Positions 9,631 to 18,387 of a stretch of 27,125 nt of DNA are shown here, one piece after another; positions within the stretch are counted from its first letter, which is position 1, and the number at the start of each line of letters is the position of its first letter. Both the position numbers and the translations under genes were made by a program. The notes beneath the pieces are model-generated. The model ran no database searches. It had not been told where the DNA came from and saw only the letters and a list, made by a program, of their open reading frames with translations. Source of the DNA: Cyanobacteria bacterium J06626_4. GTDB lineage: Bacteria; Cyanobacteriota; Cyanobacteriia; Phormidesmidales; Phormidesmidaceae. Where the stretch lies: the NCBI GenBank assembly GCA_038523235.1, contig JBCBJQ010000078.1:1-27125 (forward strand), read 5' to 3'.

Positions 9631-9855
9631 GAAATCAGCAACTCCTAAACGATGCTTTTGGGGCGGGCATCTTGCCCGCGAGCGAGTCGCAGAGCGGATG
9701 AGGAGAGGTTAGGAGCATTTCAAGTTTGCCAATCAATCGATGCGTTTAGGGCGAGCTTCTTGCGATACGTTAGGGCAGGCATCTTGCCTGCAAACGGGAT
9801 CAGTGATCCAAAAGTAGGATGCCTTGAGCGGTTTCACACGCTAAACGCAGCTTAG
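9631..9855. repeat. Two REP-like palindromic units
   Basis: GCGGGCATCTTGCCCGC (9663-9679) and GCAGGCATCTTGCCTGC (9775-9791). Each is nested in an outer imperfect inverted repeat, e.g. TGCGTTTAG 9741-9749 with CTAAACGCA 9841-9849. Confidence 0.75.
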
Positions 9856-9899
9856 TAACGTTGAGTTGATTTTTAGTTGATTCACAGTGAGGAATACCG

Positions 9900-11003
9900 A
9901 TGCATTACTACACCCTGGGCAACACCGGATTGAAAGTGAGCCGCTTGGCCCTCGGCACCATGACCTTTGGCGATGATTGGGGCTGGGGCGCTGATGAGGC
10001 CAACGCCCGTCAGCTATTTGACACGTATTTAGAGGCAGGCGGCAATTTCTTCGACACTGCCGATCTGTACACCAACGGCAACAGCGAGCGCATGCTGGGT
10101 AAGTTTGTGCAGGACAGCGGTAGCCGCGATCGCGTCATTATCACGACAAAATTTAGCTACAACGCGGAGCCGGGCAACCCCAACGCCGGGGGCAACGGGC
10201 GCAAAAACATTCTCCGGGCAGTGGAAGGATCGCTGCAGCGCTTGGGCACCGACTACATAGATGTCTACATGCTGCACACCTGGGATCAGGTGACGCCCGC
10301 CGAAGAGGTGATGCGCACTCTGGATGATTTGGTGCGATCAGGCAAGGTGCGCTACGTGGCGCTCTCCGACGCGCCTGCCTGGTATGTCGCCCAGGCTCAG
10401 ACCCTCGCTCACGAGCGCCATTGGGAACCGATCAGCACCGTGCAGTTGGAATATTCCCTGGCCGAGCGTCATCTGGAATTTGAATACACGGCGCTGGCGC
10501 AGCAGCTCGGCACCAGCATCATGGCCTGGTCGCCGCTGGCGAGTGGCCTGCTTTCCGGCAAATATAAACCGTCAGAGTCGGGGGGCGAAGGCTCGGGGCG
10601 GTTAGCGATGCTGGCAGATAGCGGCAACCCGGCCTTCAACAAGTTCACCGAAAAGAATTGGGCGATCGTCGCGGCACTGGAACAGGTCGCCCAGGAGTTG
10701 GATCGCTCGATGGCTCAAGTCGCGCTGAACTGGGTGGCGAATCGTCCGGCGGTGGCCTCCGTGATTATCGGTGCGACCAAGCTACACCAGCTGCAAGATA
10801 ATCTCGGCGCGCTGGATTTTGAGATGCCCTCCGAGCTGCGGCAGCGTCTCGATCAGGTCAGCCGTCCAGATCCCCATTTTCCTTACACGTTCTTTGAGCC
10901 CAGTCTGCAGGGCATGCTCACCGGCGGCGCGACCGTGGGCGACCATCCCGCCAGCTATTCCCAGCCCCTACTGATCGAGGGTGAGGGGGCGGGCACGACT
11001 TAG
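9900..11003 (+). CDS. Aldo/keto reductase
   Basis: Motifs LALGTMTFG, FDTADLY, SLQRLGTDYID, AWSPLASG and IIGATK. RBS GAGG upstream. Confidence 0.95.
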   Translation: MHYYTLGNTGLKVSRLALGTMTFGDDWGWGADEANARQLFDTYLEAGGNFFDTADLYTNGNSERMLGKFVQDSGSRDRVIITTKFSYNAEPGNPNAGGNGRKNILRAVEGSLQRLGTDYIDVYMLHTWDQVTPAEEVMRTLDDLVRSGKVRYVALSDAPAWYVAQAQTLAHERHWEPISTVQLEYSLAERHLEFEYTALAQQLGTSIMAWSPLASGLLSGKYKPSESGGEGSGRLAMLADSGNPAFNKFTEKNWAIVAALEQVAQELDRSMAQVALNWVANRPAVASVIIGATKLHQLQDNLGALDFEMPSELRQRLDQVSRPDPHFPYTFFEPSLQGMLTGGATVGDHPASYSQPLLIEGEGAGTT

Positions 11004-11078
11004 GGACCGTCGTAGCATGGCGGCAGTGCTGAATGGGGCGGTTGCCTCTCGGAGATCGCCCAACTCCCGTAGCTCTCG

Positions 11079-11885
11079 TCAGAGCTGCTCTAAATAAGCC
11101 GCAACGGTCTCATACCCTGCGTCTTGGGAGATCGAGAGTGGGGTGTCTCCCCAGGATGCAGTGACATCTGTCTCGATGCCCGCATCAACCAACTGCTGTA
11201 CGAGAGTCAGGATTTCGGCTTCGTCAGTCGTGACATTGTTTTCCCGATAGTTGAGCAAGTCATGCAACGCATTGGTGCCAAACTCATCGACAACGTTAAC
11301 GTCGATGCCCTGGGTTAAGAGGAAATCTGTGGAAGAGGCGGGAAAGTACATCACGGCATAGTTCAGCAAGGTGTTGTCGCCTTCCCCCCGGCGATGATTA
11401 ATATCAGCGCCTTGTTCCAGCATCATTTCGGACACAGCGTAGTCCTCAGATTCGACTGCCCAGTAGAGTACATAGTTCAAGGTCTCTTCAGAATAATCGC
11501 GCTTTTGTAGCAGGCTTTGGGCCTTGGCCGAGTCGCCCCCTTGCACTGCCATCTCTAGCATCAGATTGGGCATGGCGAGCGAGACACCGCCGACGGTTAA
11601 AACTGTAACCAGGGCTAGACCGCCCAGTAGCGGCCAGCGATACCGCCGCATGACTCTTAAGACTTGCCGAAAATTACCCAGAACGTAAAACACCGCCCCC
11701 AGCAAGAGGGTAAAAATAGTCAAGATGATGATGGTGCTAAAGTCTGATGGCAACGCGTCGGTAGAGGCTCCGGATGCCTTCAGACCCAGATTTAAGTCAA
11801 AGAGTGCGTTGAGGCTACCGCCCACAAAGACCAACCCAGCCACATACCAGGTGATGACTGAGAGCAATTGAAAGAAGGCTTGCAT
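11079..11885 (-). CDS. Membrane-anchored ankyrin-repeat protein
   Basis: Three hydrophobic N-terminal segments, then ankyrin-like units (LEQGADIN..NTLLNYAV, GIDVNVVDEFGTNALH, GDTPLSI). Confidence 0.82.
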   Translation of the reverse strand: MQAFFQLLSVITWYVAGLVFVGGSLNALFDLNLGLKASGASTDALPSDFSTIIILTIFTLLLGAVFYVLGNFRQVLRVMRRYRWPLLGGLALVTVLTVGGVSLAMPNLMLEMAVQGGDSAKAQSLLQKRDYSEETLNYVLYWAVESEDYAVSEMMLEQGADINHRRGEGDNTLLNYAVMYFPASSTDFLLTQGIDVNVVDEFGTNALHDLLNYRENNVTTDEAEILTLVQQLVDAGIETDVTASWGDTPLSISQDAGYETVAAYLEQL

Positions 11886-12201
11886 GAGTTGAGAAATGTT
11901 GTACGTCAGGAGTTAGCCCTAATCTGCCCCACAGCATCACCTAATTCACCGACGATCGCTGGATATTAGGTCGGATTTAGTCGGCCAAGTATGACGGGGA
12001 AACCTTTCCCATACCAGCAATTCACCCGATTTATGGGTGGTTGCTCTGGGCGATCGCCGCTAGCATGGGAAGCGCTATCGTCCTGTTCAACCCGCACATC
12101 CACTGCGATTGATGGAGCGTCGTCAGTCCTCATGGTTCGCAGGTTTATAGAGGACGATTCGCTGGCCTTAATGGCCTGATTCTTCATTGCCTATCGCCCT
12201 T

Positions 12202-15000
12202 ATGTTCACAGCCATACCAGAACGTCAGATGCATTGGGTTCGCTGGGGGTTGACCCTGGGCTGGGGGGTGATTATTGCATCCCTGTTTTACGACCCGTGG
12301 ACGGTGGCCCTAACCACCCCCGACCATCCCTGGAGTCCCCTACGGGTGTCGGCAGACTGCATTCCGGTGCAGGGGCAATGTGTGGTGGCAGCACCCTATT
12401 CTCTCGGCACCACGATCTTTTGGGGCCTGGTGGTGCCATCGGCCATTTTTATGTTGCTGATCTTTGGCCACGACCTCTGGCGGCGGATTTGTCCGCTCTC
12501 GTTCCTCTCGCAAATTCCGCGTGCCTTGGGGAAGCAGCGGCATTTTAGGCGCGAAAACAAAAAGACGGGCAAGGTGCGATTTGAGCTGGCGAAAGTCAAG
12601 TCTGATTCCTGGCTGGGGCGCAATTATCTGTACTTTCAATTTGCCTATCTGTTTGTAGGGCTATGTGGCCGCCTGCTTTTCTACAATGCCGATCGCTGGG
12701 TGCTAGCCGGTTGGCTACTGCTGACGATTGCTGCGGCTATTGCCGTGGGCTACTTTTACGGCGGCAAATCCTGGTGCCAGTACTTTTGCCCGATGGCCCC
12801 AGTGCAAACGGTATTTAGTGAACCGAGGGGGCTGCTGGGCAGTCAGGCACACCTGAGCGATCGCCGCATTACCCAGTCAATGTGTCGTACGGTGACGCCC
12901 GAGGGGCAAGAAAAAAGTGCCTGTGTGGCTTGCCAGAGCCCCTGCATTGATATTGACTCTGAACGCACCTACTGGGATGGCTTGAACGCGCCTCAAGAAT
13001 CCCTCATGCGCTACGGCTATGTGGGGTTGATGGTGGGTTACTTTATTTACTACTACCTCTATGCCGGCAGTTGGGCCTACTACTTTTCGGGCGTGTGGAA
13101 TCGCGAACCCAACCAGTTAGCCGCGCTCATGAGTCCGGGCCTATATCTCTTCGGCCAGCCGATTGGCATTCCTAAACTTGTGGCGGTGCCCTTGGTCTTA
13201 GGCGTGTTTACCCTGGCGGGTATCGGCCTGGGTCGTGGCCTTACTACCTATGCAAAAGCTCGCTGGTTACGACATCACCCAAAGGCCCAGACCGATATCG
13301 TGCAGCATCGGGGCTTTGCCCTGGCGACGTTTATCGCCTTCAACGTTTTTTTCTTTTTTGCGGGGCGGCCGCTGCTGCGCTTGACGCCCCTGTGGCTGCA
13401 ATTTTTGTTTGACGGCATCATTCTGTTTGCCAGCACCCTGTGGCTGGTGCAAAGCTGGGGACGTAATCCGGCTTTGTACGCGCGCGAAAATCTGGCCAGT
13501 CGGTTACGCAAACAACTGGAAAAACTGCAGCTAGACACTGCTCGGTTTCTCGAAGGGCGTCGCCTAGAAGACCTCAATGCCGATGAGGTCTATGTGTTAG
13601 CCAAAGTGCTGCCAGACTTGACTCAGGAGAAGCGGCACGAGGTTTATAAAGGCGTGGTGCGCGAAGCTCTGGCGGAAGGCTATGTTAATTCCGTCAACAG
13701 CTTGGACGTGCTGCAACAAATGCGGCGAGAGATCGATATTTCTGACAATGAGCACCAGCAGGTGCTGGAAGAACTCGGCATTGAAGATCCGGAACTGCTG
13801 AACCCCGATCGCCAGCGCTCATTAGAGAATCAGATTCGCCTGAGTGGCTACCAGGACTCGTTAGAAAGGCTGCTGCGCCTGCAGCGAACTCAGCCAGACT
13901 TAGTACCCGTTGACTTTGCTGCCGAAGACGCTGCCACGCTGCAGTACCTCCGCGACGAATATGCCGTTACCCCCCAGGAAGAGGCGTGGGTGCTGCATGA
14001 TCTGGCGATCGAAGGATTGCCCAAAGCCCAGGAATTGCTGGCCCGATTAACGCAATGGCGAGAGTGTGCCCACGCGCTGACCCTGCCGTTGTTGGCGGCG
14101 CATGAGCCGGTGGTGGCCGTAGTGCAGGATGCAGTAGCGCATAAGCAGGAACTCATTGGGCGATCGCTGCTGGAAATGCTCCCGACCCTGCCGAACGATT
14201 CTGAAACCGCCGCCGTTGTGCAGACGCTGCAACAGCTCGCGCCGCCCTCCTTGGAGACTTTGCTGGGGCAAGCGAGCTGGCGTGACTCCCTCCCTGCAGA
14301 CCTGCTCAACCGCCTGTCTCAACCCGTGGCTCCGCAACTGCCTTCGCCGTCAGAGCAGGTCGCCATTGACCACTTAGAAAATCTGCTGCACCATTACAGT
14401 CCTTTGGTCGCTGCCGCTAGCCTGTATTTGCTGGCTTGTTTGGCACGCGATCGCGCGACGTTGCAGGCCCAAAAGCTGCTGCCGACAGACTCGCCTGCCC
14501 TAGTGCAAGAGACGAGCAACGATTTGCTCGCCGCTCCGACCCCGCTGGTGCTGTCCGCCTGCCCGACGTTAGAAAAGCTGGTGTACTTATTCAACAGCGA
14601 TTTCTTTCATCGCTTAGACCCGCAGACGTTGCTGGCGCTAGCTCACCAGGGCGAAGTCCGCACCTTTACCGCCGGTGAGGCGATTACGGAAGCGGGGGAC
14701 ACCTGCCGCGAACTGCTGCTCCTGATCGCAGGGCAAGCCAACATTCACTATCAGCGACCGGAGGGCGTGCAGATTGAGCCGTTCTATCCGGGGCAAATCT
14801 TAGATGAGCTAGAGGTGCTGGCCCATCGTGACTTGGATAACACCATCCTGGCTGACAGTGACGGCACTCGCATTTTGGCGATTCCCGTGGATGCGTTCGA
14901 TACCCTGTTGGATCAAGATGCTGATTTCGCTCGCCGCGTGTTGGGGCTAGAAAGCCAGCGTTTACAGCAGTTGATGACAGTGGCTCGAAGCGAAGGATAA
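12202..15000 (+). CDS. Polytopic membrane protein with 4Fe-4S-type (FixG/NapH-like) motifs and a C-terminal cyclic-nucleotide-binding domain
   Basis: WRRICP, WCQYFCP and CVACQSPC motifs, about 9 TM segments, a helical middle region, and C-terminal GEAITEAGD...ELLLLIAG...GQILDELEVL. Probable start ATG 12202. Confidence 0.85.
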   Translation: MFTAIPERQMHWVRWGLTLGWGVIIASLFYDPWTVALTTPDHPWSPLRVSADCIPVQGQCVVAAPYSLGTTIFWGLVVPSAIFMLLIFGHDLWRRICPLSFLSQIPRALGKQRHFRRENKKTGKVRFELAKVKSDSWLGRNYLYFQFAYLFVGLCGRLLFYNADRWVLAGWLLLTIAAAIAVGYFYGGKSWCQYFCPMAPVQTVFSEPRGLLGSQAHLSDRRITQSMCRTVTPEGQEKSACVACQSPCIDIDSERTYWDGLNAPQESLMRYGYVGLMVGYFIYYYLYAGSWAYYFSGVWNREPNQLAALMSPGLYLFGQPIGIPKLVAVPLVLGVFTLAGIGLGRGLTTYAKARWLRHHPKAQTDIVQHRGFALATFIAFNVFFFFAGRPLLRLTPLWLQFLFDGIILFASTLWLVQSWGRNPALYARENLASRLRKQLEKLQLDTARFLEGRRLEDLNADEVYVLAKVLPDLTQEKRHEVYKGVVREALAEGYVNSVNSLDVLQQMRREIDISDNEHQQVLEELGIEDPELLNPDRQRSLENQIRLSGYQDSLERLLRLQRTQPDLVPVDFAAEDAATLQYLRDEYAVTPQEEAWVLHDLAIEGLPKAQELLARLTQWRECAHALTLPLLAAHEPVVAVVQDAVAHKQELIGRSLLEMLPTLPNDSETAAVVQTLQQLAPPSLETLLGQASWRDSLPADLLNRLSQPVAPQLPSPSEQVAIDHLENLLHHYSPLVAAASLYLLACLARDRATLQAQKLLPTDSPALVQETSNDLLAAPTPLVLSACPTLEKLVYLFNSDFFHRLDPQTLLALAHQGEVRTFTAGEAITEAGDTCRELLLLIAGQANIHYQRPEGVQIEPFYPGQILDELEVLAHRDLDNTILADSDGTRILAIPVDAFDTLLDQDADFARRVLGLESQRLQQLMTVARSEG

Positions 15001-15213
15001 CCCGGTCTGATACGGCAGCGAAAATGCGGCTCCTCCATTGCCGATAATGTCCCACCAATCGCGATCGTTTTTGCTAGAACTGACCCATGCCCTCGGGCAT
15101 CCTCCCTGGCTGGAGAAGTTGTCTCCGGTTTCCCCAGCTCGCATTGGGGCTTAAGGGGGCTCAAAACCGGCGACAACTGCGTAGGTTCTGTGTGGTTTAT
15201 CCAGGTAAAAAGG

Positions 15214-16422
15214 ATGATAAAGACGACACTGTTTGACCCCACCAGACACTATCCACTGTCGCCCCTCGGCTGGAATCCGACCGTTGCTCAGGCCGCTGTC
15301 ACCGCGATCGCCCAAACCACGATCACACAACTGCAGACGACGCCATGGCTCTCGGGGCACCCGATGGATGATCGAGCATTTGGCAGCGACCTGTATTTTG
15401 GCAAGGCGGGTGTGCTGTGGGCCATCCACTATCTGCAGACGGTGGGCGCGATCGACTCGGCTTTTGATGTGGCCCCTCAGCTCGACGCCACGCTGGCGCA
15501 AAATCACGAGGGCTATGCCCAGTCCAGCCCCTATCCCGAGCAGTCATCGTATCTCTTTGGCGAGCTGCCGCTGCTGCTGCTGCAATACAAGCTCGCCCCC
15601 TCAGAAGATAAGGCGACGCAGATTCTGCAGGCCATTCACAAAAACGATACCCAACCGATTCGCGAGCTGATGTGGGGCATTGCCGGTTCTATGCTGGCCG
15701 CCTGGTTTATGTATGAGTGGACGCAGGAGTCGCGCTGGCGAGACGTTTTCACCTTGCAAACCGGCTTACTGCTGCAAGCGTGGCAACCGGTGAATGAAGT
15801 AGGCCACCTCTGGAGAATCGATTTGTATGGTAAACAACAGCAGTGGTTGGGGCCGGTACACGGCTTTGCCGGTAACTTAACCCCTTTGCTCGTGGGGCAT
15901 TCCTTGCTGACCGATGAGCAATATCAAGAGATTGCCGCCAGAGCCATGCTGACGCTGATTCAGACTGCCGTCACCGATGATGACGGGGCCAACTGGCCCG
16001 CCGTTTACAAAGCTGCCGCTGCCAAACCGACTCTCAAACTGGTGCAGTATTGTCATGGCGCACCGGGAATGGTGACGGCTTTGGCTGCGTTGCCTCAAGG
16101 GAATGAGCAATTTGACCGCATTTTGGTGCAGGGCGGCGAACTGACCTGGCGAGCCGGGCCGCTCAAAAAGGGCTCCAATCTCTGTCATGGCACTGGTGGC
16201 AATGGCTATGCGTTTCTCAAGCTGTTTATCCGCACTGGGGATGAGCTGTGGCTTGATCGCGCCCGCGCCTTTGCCATGCATTCCGTTGAGCAGTATCGCT
16301 TTGCTCAACAACGCTATGGGCAATTACGCTACCCACTCTGGACGGGGGATTTGGGCCTGGCCATTTATCTGTGGGATTGCCTGCAAGCACAGGCCAAGTT
16401 TCCGACGATTGATGTGTTCTAG
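15214..16422 (+). CDS. Stand-alone LanC-like (lanthionine synthetase C-like) protein
   Basis: LYFGKAG, LMWGIAG, GPVHGFAG, QYCHGAPG, NLCHGTGG (Zn ligands Cys/Cys/His) and LWTGDLG. Start ATG 15214 or GTG 15190. Confidence 0.9.
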   Translation: MIKTTLFDPTRHYPLSPLGWNPTVAQAAVTAIAQTTITQLQTTPWLSGHPMDDRAFGSDLYFGKAGVLWAIHYLQTVGAIDSAFDVAPQLDATLAQNHEGYAQSSPYPEQSSYLFGELPLLLLQYKLAPSEDKATQILQAIHKNDTQPIRELMWGIAGSMLAAWFMYEWTQESRWRDVFTLQTGLLLQAWQPVNEVGHLWRIDLYGKQQQWLGPVHGFAGNLTPLLVGHSLLTDEQYQEIAARAMLTLIQTAVTDDDGANWPAVYKAAAAKPTLKLVQYCHGAPGMVTALAALPQGNEQFDRILVQGGELTWRAGPLKKGSNLCHGTGGNGYAFLKLFIRTGDELWLDRARAFAMHSVEQYRFAQQRYGQLRYPLWTGDLGLAIYLWDCLQAQAKFPTIDVF

Positions 16423-16443
16423 CCCTGCCAGATGGGCGCCCTG

Positions 16444-16508
16444 AAGAACCCGGTTTCTGGGAACAGATCAACCGTCTGCGGCAAGTTTTTCATAGAAACC
16501 AGGTTCTT
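16444..16508. repeat. Intergenic inverted repeat (REP/terminator-like)
   Basis: AAGAACCCGGTTTCT (16444-16458) and AGAAACCAGGTTCTT (16494-16508) are 14/15 complementary. Confidence 0.65.
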
Positions 16509-16653
16509 GGACAGGTGATTTCTTGAAATACCCTAAGCGCAACTAACACGAAAGTAATGATGTCGCAGTCTACGTCTGTGGGCTCTTTGGGGCGATGTCT
16601 GTCGGCAACATCATGACTCAACAATCCCTTCAATGACATCACTGTAGAAAATC

Positions 16654-17040
16654 ATGATCGTTGTCTACGGCATCAAGGAAAAATTGAACCCCATCAAGGC
16701 TCAACTGTCTGACGTGATTCAGGACTGTCTGCAATCGGTGTTGGGCCTCCCCGAAGGTAAGCGATCGCATCGATTTGTGCCGATGGAGGCGGACGATTTT
16801 TACTATCCGAGCGATCGCAGCAGCGCCTATACCGTGATTGAGATCAACATGATGTCGGGCCGTCAGCCCGAAACCCAAAAGAAACTGATCAAAACGCTGT
16901 TTCAAGCCCTTGATCGTCAGCTCTCGATTGCTCCCATCGACATCGAAATCATCATCAAAGAGCAAGCGCCCCACTGTTGGGGCTTTCGGGGCATGACGGG
17001 AGATGAAGCGATGGATCTCACCTACAAAGTTGATGTCTAA
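16654..17040 (+). CDS. Tautomerase superfamily protein (~128-aa type), lacking Pro1
   Basis: LGLPEGKRSHRF, DRSSAYTVIEINMMSGR.ETQKKL and WGFRGMTGDE. Confidence 0.87.
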   Translation: MIVVYGIKEKLNPIKAQLSDVIQDCLQSVLGLPEGKRSHRFVPMEADDFYYPSDRSSAYTVIEINMMSGRQPETQKKLIKTLFQALDRQLSIAPIDIEIIIKEQAPHCWGFRGMTGDEAMDLTYKVDV

Positions 17041-17203
17041 CTAGCATGGTCCGCAAACTTGAGCTGCTGGTTTCCCCAGAGAACATTGCCACTGTGGCTG
17101 CGCTGAAAGTTTTGGAGAATGCTTAGGCCGCTTGCCTTAATTCTGACGCCCTCTGAATCCCCCAATTCTGAAGGACTTCAAGAACCGGTTTGCCCTAGAA
17201 TTG

Positions 17204-17340
17204 CTACTCATTAGGCAAACTTTGGTTGAAGCCAGACTGGCCAGGAGTTCTAGACTACGCTGACCGAACTACTCTGGCTTTCCCTAAGTAGTGATAAAGA
17301 GTTGCGCTAGGACTTGGTGGCGGAAACCAAACTGTTGCCT
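17204..17340. mobile_element. Degenerate MITE-like element
   Basis: AGGCAAACTTTGGTT (17213-17227) and AACCAAACTGTTGCCT (17325-17340) form an imperfect inverted repeat around a non-coding interior. CATTAGGCAAA recurs at 17355. Confidence 0.4.
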
Positions 17341-17678
17341 TCAACAATACTTACATTAGGCAAAGCCTTGTCTCAGAGCATCTGAATTAACGTCACTTGG
17401 GGTCACCCAGCTGGGGGAGGCGATCGCGACCTGACAGCAGGTGCCGCCTGCAAACGCTTGATGACACGCTGATAACGAAGGCTGAAGTCGTCATGACAAC
17501 TCTGCTGATTAGCAGGCGTTGCCATGACCCGGTGGGGATGAAGTCAAAAGGGATTTTCCCAGATTGCTCAAACATCTTGGTATCTCAGCAAAAGGATGGG
17601 CGATCGCCCTGGTAGCAACGATTTCTTTTGATTTCCACCATCAACTACCAGCCAATTGTTCACACTATTCCGTGATTA

Positions 17679-18347
17679 ATGACTTCACAATTACGCTTCA
17701 AAGTTGACCGCAAAAGACTGACTCAATGGTCGGCAGGGGCAGCGCTAGCACTCGGCTTAGGGACTGGATGTGTGTTGCCCGCCCAGCCCGGAGACCCCAA
17801 TTTCAGAGTTCATACAGGCGTGCCCCTACCACCTAGCTCGGTGAGCGATCGCGTTTTAACCACTGCGGCCCAAGACCTTGGTATCCCCCGGGCCGACCTT
17901 AGCCTACTGCGAGCTAATGAAGAAACTTGGACAGACGGCTGCCTCGGCATCGGGTCACCCGATGAAGTCTGCCTACAAGCCTTAGTTGAGGGCTGGCAAT
18001 TGGAAGTGGTTTATGACAACCAAAGCTGGTTTTACCGCACCGATGCCACCGGAGACACGGTCCGCCAATCTTATTTGGAAAATAACCTGCCGCCTTCTTT
18101 AAGCGATCGCGTTCTTGCCTTGGCCACTGTGGATGCAGGCATGGCTGAAGAGCGGTTGGAGATTATGAGGGCAGAGCCCCGTAGCTGGAATGGCTGCTTG
18201 GGAATCGAAAGGCCTGGGGAAGGGTGTCCACAGGTGATGCTTTTTGGTTGGCAAGTGACGGTGATTGGTGACAATCGATTGCTGGTCTATCACACCGACA
18301 TGATTGGCTATCAAATTCGTCTTAATACTCAAGAGTCGTCGCTATAG
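17679..18347 (+). CDS. Putative lipoprotein with two internal Cys-containing repeat domains
   Basis: Lipobox-like LGTGC. Repeats are LPPSSVSDRVL...WTDGCLGI..PDEVCLQALVEGW...YRTD.TG and LPPSLSDRVL...WNGCLGI..PGEGCPQVMLFGW...YHTDMIG. Confidence 0.8.
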   Translation: MTSQLRFKVDRKRLTQWSAGAALALGLGTGCVLPAQPGDPNFRVHTGVPLPPSSVSDRVLTTAAQDLGIPRADLSLLRANEETWTDGCLGIGSPDEVCLQALVEGWQLEVVYDNQSWFYRTDATGDTVRQSYLENNLPPSLSDRVLALATVDAGMAEERLEIMRAEPRSWNGCLGIERPGEGCPQVMLFGWQVTVIGDNRLLVYHTDMIGYQIRLNTQESSL

Positions 18348-18387
18348 CGAAGCCATCGTTTTGAAAGAAGACCTTCGGGAGGTTCTT

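Noticed and set aside
15001..17678. Lanthipeptide biosynthetic cluster
   Set aside because: No dehydratase, transporter/peptidase or credible Ser/Thr/Cys-rich precursor lies near the LanC-like gene.
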